Shown piece by piece: positions 19,085 through 28,478 of a stretch of DNA of 64,000 bases. The notes under the pieces are model-generated. The model was not told the origin of the DNA. It saw only the letters and a program-made list of their open reading frames with translations, and made no database searches. Both the position numbers and the translations under genes were made by a program. Origin of the DNA: an uncultured Fibrobacterota bacterium (lineage in GTDB: Bacteria; Fibrobacterota; Chitinivibrionia; Chitinivibrionales; FEN-1185); the NCBI GenBank assembly GCA_963753345.1, contig CAVWBU010000018.1, forward strand, positions 1 through 64,000. The letters run 5' to 3'. The stretch's first letter is position 1, and every line of letters begins with the position of its first letter.

Positions 19085-19591
19085 TTATTTGTTATTATCT
19101 CTTATAGTTTTCCATTTTTCTAAGATATTTTGTTCGCCTTTGAAGTATTCTACTTTAGATTTCTTTTCAAAAATTTCATAAGATGGGGCAATAAATATCT
19201 TTTCCGAATCCGGATATTCACATATATCGTATCCAATAAATGTCCTAATGTCCATATATATACATGGTTCAGTACCATGGTTATAGAATTGATGTGCTCC
19301 TGATTCTCCCATTTCGCAAAAAACCACATCTCCAGTTTTAACTATTTCTAACCCATTAAAAGTACGCAACGTCATTGAACCAGATGCGACCATAAATAAC
19401 TCTTCTGCAAATCGGTGGAAATGAAATGGTGCTGAAAATTGGCCAGGATTTAATTGACGCAAATCAAAATTAAGGTTTTTTGGATTAATATCATTTTTAA
19501 TTCTTGATGTGTCAGAAAACAGTCGAAAATTGTCGACTTTATCAGCATCTTCTTTGAACTCTCGATCTGCATATTTCAATATTCTTGCCAT
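19085..19591 (-). CDS. Cupin domain protein (cassette)
   Basis: PFHFHRFAEE...GD...AHQFYN...CEYPDS. Confidence 0.9.
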   Translation of the reverse strand: MARILKYADREFKEDADKVDNFRLFSDTSRIKNDINPKNLNFDLRQLNPGQFSAPFHFHRFAEELFMVASGSMTLRTFNGLEIVKTGDVVFCEMGESGAHQFYNHGTEPCIYMDIRTFIGYDICEYPDSEKIFIAPSYEIFEKKSKVEYFKGEQNILEKWKTIRDNNK

Positions 19592-19622
19592 AAAAACACC
19601 TCCTTACGGATTGTTTATTGTC

Positions 19623-19760
19623 GCCTAACGCCGCGCTAATATGCCTGACTACGACCGCATTTTCTCTCCGCAAACCACGAATCTTGTATGAAGAACCAAC
19701 CACCCGCAAACCAAAGCTGTTTGCAAATGCGGAAGGTCATGATTTAGCGCGTTGTTAGGA
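19623..19760 (-). repeat. attC site, class A
   Basis: Class A consensus. Confidence 0.95.
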
Positions 19761-19771
19761 CATTTTATTTC

Positions 19772-20533
19772 TTAGATTTCGAAATGGTATCCAATAGAAA
19801 AGATAATTGCATTTGACTGTTCTTTATAGGTGATATATGCACTTTGGGTCGATTTAAGATCATTTTGCATTTTATCGTTAGGGAAAATATAGCCAATATG
19901 AATATTGGGACCATTATTCCTACTTTTACCATATCTTACTTCAGTTCCAACTCCTAAACTAAATGAATTATAAAAAGCATCATAATTACCAAACGTCATA
20001 CCTTCTGAATAACCATATTGAATATGTAAATACCCATTTACCCCATATGATGCGTTCAAATATGGCCTGAATATATTCTTATCTGATTTCTCCAAAATAT
20101 ATAGGTTAATGCCAGTGTTCCAGCCGATCTTAGAGAAATAAGTACCAATAGCACCAAATAATGCAATTCTTGATATTGGTACGAATGAAACCTTAAGACC
20201 CAAAAAACCACCGTAATTTATTCCCCATCCAAAACCGAGATCCAAAAACGGTTTATGATTCTTGGCGTCAACTTCTTTATCCGGATGTAGTTTCTTCAAG
20301 CTAGTATCAGATTCAGTTTTAGCTGTATGTTCCTGTTGATAATTGTAACATTGATGTTTTCTAATTCTGAGATATTCCTTTTCATCGTCTGTCCATGACA
20401 TCGGGAGATCAAGTTTTAATGATTGAACAATAGAATCATTACACGGATTACACTTATCACATAGGGTTGTATCCAATGTGGCGGCACAAACCTTTGCAAT
20501 TAGCACAATAGACATAAGCGGTATTTTATTCAT
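19772..20533 (-). CDS. Outer-membrane beta-barrel-like protein (cassette)
   Basis: Signal peptide, alternating aromatic strands, C-terminal SIGYHF. Confidence 0.75.
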   Translation of the reverse strand: MNKIPLMSIVLIAKVCAATLDTTLCDKCNPCNDSIVQSLKLDLPMSWTDDEKEYLRIRKHQCYNYQQEHTAKTESDTSLKKLHPDKEVDAKNHKPFLDLGFGWGINYGGFLGLKVSFVPISRIALFGAIGTYFSKIGWNTGINLYILEKSDKNIFRPYLNASYGVNGYLHIQYGYSEGMTFGNYDAFYNSFSLGVGTEVRYGKSRNNGPNIHIGYIFPNDKMQNDLKSTQSAYITYKEQSNAIIFSIGYHFEI

Positions 20534-20541
20534 GTTTATTG

Positions 20542-20679
20542 TCCTAACGCCGCGCTAATATGCCTGACTACAACCGCATATTCTCTTTGCAAACCACAAA
20601 TCTTGTATGAAGAACCGACCGACCGCGAGCCAAAGGTGTTTGCAAATGCGGAAGGTCATGATTTAGCGCGTTGTTAGGG
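20542..20679 (-). repeat. attC site, class A
   Basis: Class A consensus. Confidence 0.95.
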
Positions 20680-21177
20680 CTTTTCTAAGATAAATTTAAG
20701 ACCCAGTTTTTCTGAAATACCACCTAATTTAATTGTCTCTGAATATGTTTTATTAATTTGATCGGAAAGCCATTCTAATGTAATGTCAAAGGACATAGTA
20801 ACTTTAACCTTACCATCAATTGGTTTTGAAAATTTCAATAGACGAAATGGTCCCTCGGGATTTAAAGATGATATTCTTCCGTGTGCAAAAGCATCCCTGG
20901 TATTCACCAACGAAAGATCGATTTGATCTTTTATATTTTCTTTTAATAAAATTGCATTTACTTTGTTAATTATTTCTTTTAGTGAATCATAATTAGTGAA
21001 AGGATTTTCATTTATTTCTTCACCGACTTTATAATTATTAATTTCGCCTTTGATTATTTCTGATGAATTTCTTTTCCTGTTTATTTCTACAAGAAATAGC
21101 CTCAACACAAATTCCAAAGATTGAAGATTAGAAATAAGACGACCGATATTTTGTTGCATTTTCTCTTGATTGTTCAT
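20674..21177 (-). CDS. Putative HEPN-like protein (cassette)
   Basis: Probable start MNNQEK; helical; LE...RDAFAHG (Rx4H) motif. Confidence 0.6.
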   Translation of the reverse strand: MNNQEKMQQNIGRLISNLQSLEFVLRLFLVEINRKRNSSEIIKGEINNYKVGEEINENPFTNYDSLKEIINKVNAILLKENIKDQIDLSLVNTRDAFAHGRISSLNPEGPFRLLKFSKPIDGKVKVTMSFDITLEWLSDQINKTYSETIKLGGISEKLGLKFILEKP

Positions 21178-21197
21178 TATTATTGTCCTAATCTTTG

Positions 21198-21335
21198 CCC
21201 TAACGCCGCGGTAATATGCCTGACTACGACCGCATATTCTCTTTGCAAACCACGAATCTTGTATGAAGAACCAACCACCCGCAAACCAAGAATGTTTGCA
21301 AATGCGGAAGGTCATGATTTACCGCGTTGTTATGT
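21198..21335 (-). repeat. attC site, class A (with a compensatory base pair)
   Basis: Class A; gcggtaa/ttaccgc instead of gcgctaa/ttagcgc. Confidence 0.95.
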
Positions 21336-21579
21336 CTCCTTTTTGCATTTTATCTTTTCCGAATTGATTTGGTTTTGTCTTCATTAATCCGGTTTGGTGA
21401 ATACCGATTACCACGAGTCCCAGAATCAATCCGTAATCTCATTCCGATTTCTTGTCTTTCGTCTTCAATAATTCTGTCTGGTGAAGACCGATTCTAAGGG
21501 TTCAGGATCGTCCGGATATTATCCCCGAATTAATATTCTTTATCTTCTTTGATTTATTGGTTTTCATTTTGAGACATAA
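21204..21579 (-). other. Gene-less cassette, family 2
   Basis: gttatgtctc/gagacataac ends; no credible ORF; internal direct repeat. Confidence 0.8.
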
Positions 21580-21678
21580 CGATGGAGCTAATATGCCGGG
21601 CGCAATGGGTTGGCTTGATCTGATTGTATTTCTCCTCAAGCCAACCGCGCCCGGTCATGATTTAGCGACTTGTTCTTT
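21574..21678 (-). repeat. attC site, class F (105 bp, non-canonical core)
   Basis: gctaatatgccgggcgc...gcgcccggtcatgatttagc; ends gttcttt. Confidence 0.88.
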
Positions 21679-21933
21679 TCGCAAGGCGATTAGCAGCGAC
21701 GTACAGGAAGGTGCGACGCTGCTTTTCTTTGGTTTGGTCTTGAATAATTCTTTTCGGTTTCCTGGTTCAATTTATTAATTTTCTTCGCCGCCGCCGCCAT
21801 TGTCTTTCTTGATTCTCATGGCGCACAAGTCTTTAGCGCATGGATGCGCTTGAGATATATGATTGTCGGGCATAAAACTGTAAAATATCGGGAACATGGA
21901 GAACGACATGAGGAAGATTCCCGTGCAATGCAG

Positions 21934-22401
21934 TTAATCAAAGGAGCGGGAGCCTCTGGTTGGAACTCTCTCAAGCCGAATGTCCTTTCCCCAAAGTGCA
22001 ATAGGAAGCCCCAAAAATGATGCTTGGCCTGGTGCATAAATACGAATTCTTACTCCATCGGGAGAGACGTATTCCCAATATTGAACTGAAGCGGACGCGA
22101 TACCGTAGGAACCGTCATCTGATTCAGCGGTCATCTTAGGAATATTATAGGAATTAACAAATTCCTTGGCAAATTGCTCTGCCGACAGGTCCGTAACCTC
22201 AAACATTTTGTTAACAACGTCTCCAGGCCAGAATAAATATGCCAGAAGTAAAGAATTATCGAATACAAAGACTGCCTTGCTGGCACTCTCAAAGGAATAT
22301 GATCGGTACTTATCTTTATCAACAGATTCTTTTATTACAACCTTCCCGAATATCGATGAGTAGCGAAGGTCAATTAAACCAGTTGCCTCGGAGAGAGACA
22401 T
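21934..22401 (-). CDS. Hypothetical protein; possibly the frameshifted C-terminus of 22442-24001
   Basis: Frame is open ~20 codons upstream (…VKFKGFYIG) and overlaps the end of the upstream gene. Confidence 0.6.
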   Translation of the reverse strand: MSLSEATGLIDLRYSSIFGKVVIKESVDKDKYRSYSFESASKAVFVFDNSLLLAYLFWPGDVVNKMFEVTDLSAEQFAKEFVNSYNIPKMTAESDDGSYGIASASVQYWEYVSPDGVRIRIYAPGQASFLGLPIALWGKDIRLERVPTRGSRSFD

Positions 22402-22441
22402 TCCAATGTAGAAGCCTTTAAACTTAACCGAGGTTTGTCGG

Positions 22442-24001
22442 CTACTTGCTTCCTGGGCTAATTAACCTACAGAGGACAATTTTATCATCGACAACAGGAT
22501 TGCCATAATTTCTGGATGATTGGAAGTACTTTAAGGCCTCCGGAATATTTTTTTGCATGTCGATTCCGTAAAAAGAAGCGTTTGCAAGTTGATAAAATGA
22601 TTCTGATATTGACGAGTTGAGGCCGGAGGTATCGATAAATAATCTTTGCGCTGATGGAATGATTGAATAGGCGTCAGTGAATTTCCTAAAAGTTACCAGG
22701 GCTTTCTTGAAATATTGGCTGGTCATAAGGTCGTGTGCTTGTGAAAGAAGTAATGAAGTTGGAATAGCGGCAAGACTGTCTTCTACTCTTTGTTTTGCTT
22801 GTGCAACCCTTAAACTGTCATTCCGGTGCTCGACGGCGAGTTGCATAATTGTTTCTAGGGAATCCAGATGGGAAGCAAGCAATAGAGCAGCGTTAGGTAT
22901 TTGGTCGATGCCAATTTTGCATAATTCATTATACTTGCCTTTTATTGATTTAACCTCATCGAGAGATGAAAGTGAAGTGTACTGGCTATTCTGTAGTGCT
23001 ACCCATTTTACGAATAACCGGAGTTTCAGGGAATTAAAAGCCTTGGTCTGGCTTCTGGTTACATCAATTAGTGAGGTATATAATTTATCGAGTTCGGACA
23101 TCAACGAAAATAGGGTTTCAGAATTCTCGGGAAGGTTTTTGCCTAATTTATCGGCGAATACTTTGAAGTTTTTAGCAGATTCCCTTTTAGTCACCCAGAG
23201 AGTATTGATTTTCCGAAATGAATAGGATATATAAGCTTTTGCTCGAAATGGAGCAAAGGAAACATTTTGGATGTCTAGGAATGTCTTTTTGTCAAGTGAC
23301 GCATCATTGAACCCAGTATTACTGCAAAATACACCGTCTAAGGAAACGCCGATACAAACACTAGGAAAAGATGGAACAAAGAGATCTGCCCCAACGGTCG
23401 TAAAAAGGCCTGCGTTAAAGAAATTCGACGCAGGAGCCTGAAACGTTGATGTCGTTGGTTCTCCTCCAAGAGTGATATTAGAAGAGGTTGTTGTCTTTTG
23501 ATAATAATAAATATCATGGTTCAGAGCAAGCCCTGCTCCGAAAAATAGGTCGCAGAAGGACAGCGGGGTCATGTGGCCTGAAATGTAGGTGGTATACAAC
23601 AGAGGAATATATTGTACCTGTGGACTTTCGACAAATTGCCAATTCATGTTGTCTACGTTGTCATAATAGGATACGGTGGCTTGCTTGGCCTTTATGGTAT
23701 TTATCGGCAGGATTTCGGCGGACCAAGCGAGATTAAAGTAAGACGATGGATACAATGCCAAAGTAATTGTTCCGGTGGGACCAATTCCGCTCAAAGAAGA
23801 ATATTCATGATAATTAGGATTCAGTTGAAACTCGTAATTTGCTAGGCCCCCTGATAGGCGAATATCGACATATGGAATTGAAAACATTGATGTGCCAGCA
23901 TTGCACAGAGAGGGAGCAAGCAGGAGCAGAAATTGAAGAAGGATTCGGCTCGGTGTTTGCTTAAAACCATATGACATGTTTAGAATTTCTTTGGAATACA
24001 A
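22442..24001 (-). CDS. Secreted or outer-membrane protein with beta-rich N-half and Sel1/TPR-like C-half
   Basis: Signal peptide; YQLANASFYGIDMQKNIPEALKYF Sel1-like repeat. Confidence 0.65.
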   Translation of the reverse strand: MYSKEILNMSYGFKQTPSRILLQFLLLLAPSLCNAGTSMFSIPYVDIRLSGGLANYEFQLNPNYHEYSSLSGIGPTGTITLALYPSSYFNLAWSAEILPINTIKAKQATVSYYDNVDNMNWQFVESPQVQYIPLLYTTYISGHMTPLSFCDLFFGAGLALNHDIYYYQKTTTSSNITLGGEPTTSTFQAPASNFFNAGLFTTVGADLFVPSFPSVCIGVSLDGVFCSNTGFNDASLDKKTFLDIQNVSFAPFRAKAYISYSFRKINTLWVTKRESAKNFKVFADKLGKNLPENSETLFSLMSELDKLYTSLIDVTRSQTKAFNSLKLRLFVKWVALQNSQYTSLSSLDEVKSIKGKYNELCKIGIDQIPNAALLLASHLDSLETIMQLAVEHRNDSLRVAQAKQRVEDSLAAIPTSLLLSQAHDLMTSQYFKKALVTFRKFTDAYSIIPSAQRLFIDTSGLNSSISESFYQLANASFYGIDMQKNIPEALKYFQSSRNYGNPVVDDKIVLCRLISPGSK

Positions 24002-24008
24002 AGCTTTC

Positions 24009-24902
24009 TCACTCTAATTGAAACGATATTTCTACGGTGGTTTGCACTTTGACGGGAACACCCTTAATCCTACCGGGCTTGTATTCCCACCTTGCGATGG
24101 CCTTTCTAACTTCGTCGGATAACGCTTCGTTCGGTGAGCTAATGACGTTGATATCTGATACTTTGCCGTTCTGGTCGATAACAAGACTGGTTTTTACAAT
24201 TCCAGAGATACCTTGGTCTTTCACAAATTCGGGATAAAAAGGCTGAATTTTCTTAATGGGAACTGGCTTTTCGTCTACCGAATCTTTATCGTAGATTACA
24301 TTTCTATCAATTCCTATGGTATCTGGATTGCTATCGGATGCTGTCCAGCCTGGGCGTTTTGTAGCTAAAGGGGCTTCAGGTAATTTGTCAGTATCGCTCG
24401 GAGAATCTTTTGCGATGTTATTTTCGTTTTCAGGTGCGCTATTTTGACTCGGTTCAACTGGACTATTTTCGCTTTCAGATTGCGCATTGTCATTTGTTAT
24501 GTCGGCCGGCACTTCTTTTGACGTGCTGGAGACAATCATTTTCCTGTTTTCAAGTTGTTTGACCAAATGGTCAAATAAGACGTCGGTCTTCATTCTATCG
24601 GCTAAAGACTGATTGTTGTACTGGTCAATGATGTCACTAACTTTAACCAAGGTCATCGAGAATGTAAAATGCTCTTTAGGAATTATGGCGAAATTGTCAG
24701 TGACAACATGAAAAAAGCCAAGGAATAGGAGAACACATACGAATATAAAGATCGCAGCAATGGATGATTTTACTTTGTTTGATGGCTTGTCTTGGACTTT
24801 CGTTTCTGGATGCGCACATTCATAACACAAATGTTGCTCTTCTGTACCGTAATTGCCTAATGCACCTATGTCTTTACCACATTTGGAACAGACACTTGCC
24901 AT
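24009..24902 (-). CDS. TonB-family protein (N-terminal Zn ribbon, TM, C-terminal TonB_C)
   Basis: PFYPEFVKDQGISGIV...IDQNGKV...WEYKPG...GVPVKV. Confidence 0.88.
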   Translation of the reverse strand: MASVCSKCGKDIGALGNYGTEEQHLCYECAHPETKVQDKPSNKVKSSIAAIFIFVCVLLFLGFFHVVTDNFAIIPKEHFTFSMTLVKVSDIIDQYNNQSLADRMKTDVLFDHLVKQLENRKMIVSSTSKEVPADITNDNAQSESENSPVEPSQNSAPENENNIAKDSPSDTDKLPEAPLATKRPGWTASDSNPDTIGIDRNVIYDKDSVDEKPVPIKKIQPFYPEFVKDQGISGIVKTSLVIDQNGKVSDINVISSPNEALSDEVRKAIARWEYKPGRIKGVPVKVQTTVEISFQLE

Positions 24903-24913
24903 AAAAAACCTGC

Positions 24914-25393
24914 CTAATCCTGAATTTCAGATACGGTCTTCTGGAAAATATTGATTGGTGACAAGCGTCTTACAGGCGCTATTGAATTGCGAATAGCGGA
25001 TAGTAATTTTTTACCCTCAAGGTGGTCAAAATCGGAATCGGTCAAAAAACTTGTATCAACCTTTCTTATTTCGTCGAGTTGGCTGCATAGGAACCAGACT
25101 TTGGGGGTACCACTTGTGAACGAATATTGGAATACGTCTTTTCTACTGCCGTATCCGATTGAGCTATGTTCCAATACCATTATTCTGAATTTAATGACTC
25201 TTTGCAATGTTGCGTTTTGTGTGCTATTTTCAGTGAAATACATATACATCCAAAACGGTTGAGCATCTAATGTCCCAGGGTGAAAATCGAGAAAGGAGAA
25301 AGAGAAATATCTACAACCGCTATCAATCCATTCATCTCTCATTTCCTCAATCCAGCGCGGTTCTCCGGGTTCTGTAGGATAAAGCATGTCCAT
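24914..25393 (-). CDS. Hypothetical protein (first gene of the 4.1-kb cassette)
   Basis: 159-aa ORF, co-oriented and tightly packed. Confidence 0.7.
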   Translation of the reverse strand: MDMLYPTEPGEPRWIEEMRDEWIDSGCRYFSFSFLDFHPGTLDAQPFWMYMYFTENSTQNATLQRVIKFRIMVLEHSSIGYGSRKDVFQYSFTSGTPKVWFLCSQLDEIRKVDTSFLTDSDFDHLEGKKLLSAIRNSIAPVRRLSPINIFQKTVSEIQD

Positions 25394-25666
25394 AAAGATT
25401 TCTTTCCAATGTGTATTGATTAAATCGGAATTCTTATCGCTGCCACGATGGCAGCGATTTTCTTGTGCGCCATGTTTGTATTATACTTTCTTTTCTTCGG
25501 CGGCGGCTATCTATTTTAATCGTTCAAATTCATTTTTGCTAAATCGGATTTCCCGGCACAATGCCTGCATTTACGCCCGCCAGAGTGCCGCCTTGAATTG
25601 CTTTTGTAATATTCTTTTTATTTTGCATTAATCTATCGCCCAGGATGGGCGATTTCTCGCCTTGCA

Positions 25667-25771
25667 AAAGAACGATGAAGCTAATATGCCGGGCGCAATG
25701 GGTTGGCTTGATCTGATTGTATTTTTCCTCAAGCCAACCGCGCCCGGTCATGATTTAGCGACTTGTTCTTT
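25667..25771 (-). repeat. attC site, class F
   Basis: aaagaac...gttcttt; copy of 21574-21678. Confidence 0.88.
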
Positions 25772-25841
25772 CTGCAAGGCGATTAGCAGCGACGCGCAGG
25801 AGGCGTGGCGCTGCTTCTCTTTTATGGGATACCACGAATAT

Positions 25842-26885
25842 TTAATTTCTGCCTAATAATGAAACTGTCGAGCTTGTAAGGTCCACTAGATATTCTTGTC
25901 GGTTAATTCCCAGATTAAATATGACTTTATTTTTCGCATCAATCTTTAGGCATCTAGGGTCTTTAGTATCATCAATTTCCAAACTGTTAAAGCAGTCATA
26001 GGGGTCTTGCGGAACCCAAATTATGAAATATTCGTGTGTTGCTTTCTTATACCCAATGCAACTCCCTCTGAAAAAGACCCATACTTTATAAGCTCTATTT
26101 TCTGATGAGTCAATTACATCGCCCTTATTAATAGATGTTTCTTTGCACAGGTTTTCTTTGTACGTTGAAAAAGAATATTCAACTGTTGAATTGGATTTAA
26201 TTTGATTATAAATACGCGGATTATCTGCCAACCATTTTTTGCGAGCGTTTATTGATGAATTAACATCCAGCTCACCATCCTGCTTTTCAAAGTAGCCTGA
26301 TTCCTTAATTTTCGATTCGAGGAATGACAATATATTTGGATTGGCAGACACTTTTGCTGGAATTTCGCCAAGCTTTGTTTCGCCCGTGGCAAAATAAATT
26401 TGGTACTCAATTTGAAAGGTATCTTTTGAAAGAATGGAAAAGAGCACGAACGAACCGAATTCTGCGCCACTTCCGCTGGTATGACATAGGTATGATACAT
26501 AGGGCATATTATCAATTATCGCAAATTTAACGCTATCAAAGGAATGACATGAGTTTTCGTAGCCACTTTTAAAGACTTCCAGCCAGTCATTTGCGAAGGA
26601 AGACAAGACAACCAATTTCCATGGACAAGCCGAATCTATGGTCGCTGCAATATATTGCCGGTCTGCATACGATAATGTTTTCGTAACGGCTGGTTTGCGA
26701 GAGTATTTCAAAGTAACAACTGAGACAGCTTCCTTCCTCTGTAATTGTTTTGCCTGAATCTTGGGTGATTTCGTAGTATCCGGTTGGTCAATGTCACCAG
26801 CCTTGCTATTTGTAGATAGACAGACTGCTGTTGCTAAAATGGTAATGGTAAAATGGGTTAAGGAATAAGTCAACTTTCTAGCCAT
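25842..26885 (-). CDS. Secreted hypothetical protein (cassette)
   Basis: Probable start MARKLTYS with gagg RBS; signal peptide. Confidence 0.7.
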   Translation of the reverse strand: MARKLTYSLTHFTITILATAVCLSTNSKAGDIDQPDTTKSPKIQAKQLQRKEAVSVVTLKYSRKPAVTKTLSYADRQYIAATIDSACPWKLVVLSSFANDWLEVFKSGYENSCHSFDSVKFAIIDNMPYVSYLCHTSGSGAEFGSFVLFSILSKDTFQIEYQIYFATGETKLGEIPAKVSANPNILSFLESKIKESGYFEKQDGELDVNSSINARKKWLADNPRIYNQIKSNSTVEYSFSTYKENLCKETSINKGDVIDSSENRAYKVWVFFRGSCIGYKKATHEYFIIWVPQDPYDCFNSLEIDDTKDPRCLKIDAKNKVIFNLGINRQEYLVDLTSSTVSLLGRN

Positions 26886-26916
26886 AAAGCAAAACCTCTG
26901 TTTGTCGATTAAATGG

Positions 26917-27192
26917 TTATTCGTAAGCGTATGTACCGTCTGGCTTAACAAACGCAAGTGCTATTTTTTCTGCTTCCGATTCTAAACCGAGGTCATGGTT
27001 AACCCAATTCCATGTCTCTCTAATGAGCGTGTACGTTCCTCTTCCCCCGGCATATTTATCGCCGTAAGAGGTAAGAAAGTTGTTTCTGTTTAAATGCTCC
27101 GCAAGTTCTTCCCCGGACATTGTCATTTTGTGTTCATTAAGAAAGGCTCCTAATTGCCAAACATAGTACTTTGTTGAATTAATTGAAGACAT
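26917..27192 (-). CDS. Small protein with a recombinase-type HTH-like motif (cassette)
   Basis: EELAEHLNRNNFLTSYGDKY resembles IAxxLNxxGxxTxxGxxW; ggag RBS. Confidence 0.55.
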   Translation of the reverse strand: MSSINSTKYYVWQLGAFLNEHKMTMSGEELAEHLNRNNFLTSYGDKYAGGRGTYTLIRETWNWVNHDLGLESEAEKIALAFVKPDGTYAYE

Positions 27193-27477
27193 AAACAACT
27201 CCAAGGATAAGGTTTATTGATGCAAAGTTTATTCTAAACAATAGCGTGTTGTTCATCAAGACTTCACTTCTCGCCTAATCTCAAATTCATTATTTGTCTT
27301 AAATTTCCTGGCGCAATTCCCGCCATTTAAGCCCCTCAGAGCGCCATTCTTAATTTCTTTCGGCACAATGCCTGCCATTTAAGCCCACCAGAGTGCCGTC
27401 TCAAGTTGCCTTTGTATTATTGTCCTTTCTATTTTGTATTAATCCATCGCCCAGGATGGGCGATTTCTCGCCTTGCA

Positions 27478-27570
27478 AAAGAACGATGAAGCTAACCGTT
27501 TTGGAGCACGTTCTTCGGAATCTTATATAATGTAAACGTGCGAGAAAACGAGTTTAGCGCCTTGTTGGTT
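27478..27570 (-). repeat. attC site, class C
   Basis: Copy of 1670-1762. Confidence 0.9.
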
Positions 27571-27808
27571 CTGCGAAAGGCCGGGCGGGATTCTTCTCTG
27601 ATTTCTTTTTGCCCGCCCATTGTATTTATTCTTACGGCAGCCATTCTATTTCTGTTTCATCGCGCCATTGTCCACATCTTTTCGTGGTGCATGTCAATTT
27701 GGATTTAATCGATATCATTTCTTTAGGCCGCACGATGTGGCCTTTTTAATGGCGCGATCTTGATTCTCATTTTCCTGGCTGCCGTGTGAATTGCCTTTTG
27801 CAAACCAA
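27484..27808 (-). other. Gene-less cassette, family 1 (325 bp)
   Basis: Near-identical to the other copies. Confidence 0.9.
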
Positions 27809-27940
27809 CGCCGCGCTAATATGCCTGACTACGACCGCATTTTCCCGCCGCAAACCACGAATCTTGTATGAAGAACGGACCACCCGCGAATCAATGCTGT
27901 TTGCAAATGCGGAAGGTCATGATTTAGCGCGTTGTTAGAA
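27803..27940 (-). repeat. attC site, class A
   Basis: Class A consensus. Confidence 0.95.
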
Positions 27941-27954
27941 ATTAAATTTAATTC

Positions 27955-28344
27955 TTAAGCCATATTTATGTTTTCATTGCATTTCGGACAAATAAATTGC
28001 TTTTCAATTCGTTCTTTATTTTCAAGATATATTTTCGTTTTACAATTCGGACAAATAACACTTTCCGGAAGATAATTTAAATCTTTTCCGCAAAATCGAC
28101 ACACCACCGCCTCTCTTTTAACTAATTCTGCGCAAAAAAGACATTTTTTATTTTCTCCTGACTCAAGTTTAATTTGATCAATTTTACTATCATCTTTTTT
28201 CGCAATCATTGCAGCAATAAAACCGATAAGAGGGCTTAAAAGTAATGCTAGAAAGAAAAATCCAATTCCTGATCTGCCTTTTGAATTTGCATAAACTCCG
28301 CAAAGAATAGAAAGGACAAACCAACCAACAACAAACATAAACAT
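27955..28344 (-). CDS. Membrane protein with C-terminal zinc ribbons (cassette)
   Basis: Two TM helices around KGRSG; CLFCAE...CRFCG; CPNC/CPKC. Confidence 0.85.
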   Translation of the reverse strand: MFMFVVGWFVLSILCGVYANSKGRSGIGFFFLALLLSPLIGFIAAMIAKKDDSKIDQIKLESGENKKCLFCAELVKREAVVCRFCGKDLNYLPESVICPNCKTKIYLENKERIEKQFICPKCNENINMA

Positions 28345-28373
28345 ATTGCCTCCTTAATTATTGAATTTCAAAT

Positions 28374-28478
28374 TTCTAACGGTGAAGCTAATATGCCGGG
28401 CGCAATAGGTTGGCTTGATCTGATTGTATTTTTCCTCAAGCCAACCGCGCCCGGTCATGATTTAGCGACTTGTTCTGC
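28374..28478 (-). repeat. attC site, class F
   Basis: ttctaac...gttctgc. Confidence 0.88.

Noticed and set aside
3974-21315. ORF-track N-terminal extensions (to 4588, 7246, 21315) and plus-strand ORFs containing NAALICLTTT
   Set aside because: They are translations of attC sequence; better starts exist inside the cassettes.
58-28478. Recurring repeats as a CRISPR array
   Set aside because: Units are 93-146 bp palindromes separated mostly by gene-sized spacers next to intI, and no cas genes are present. They are attC sites.
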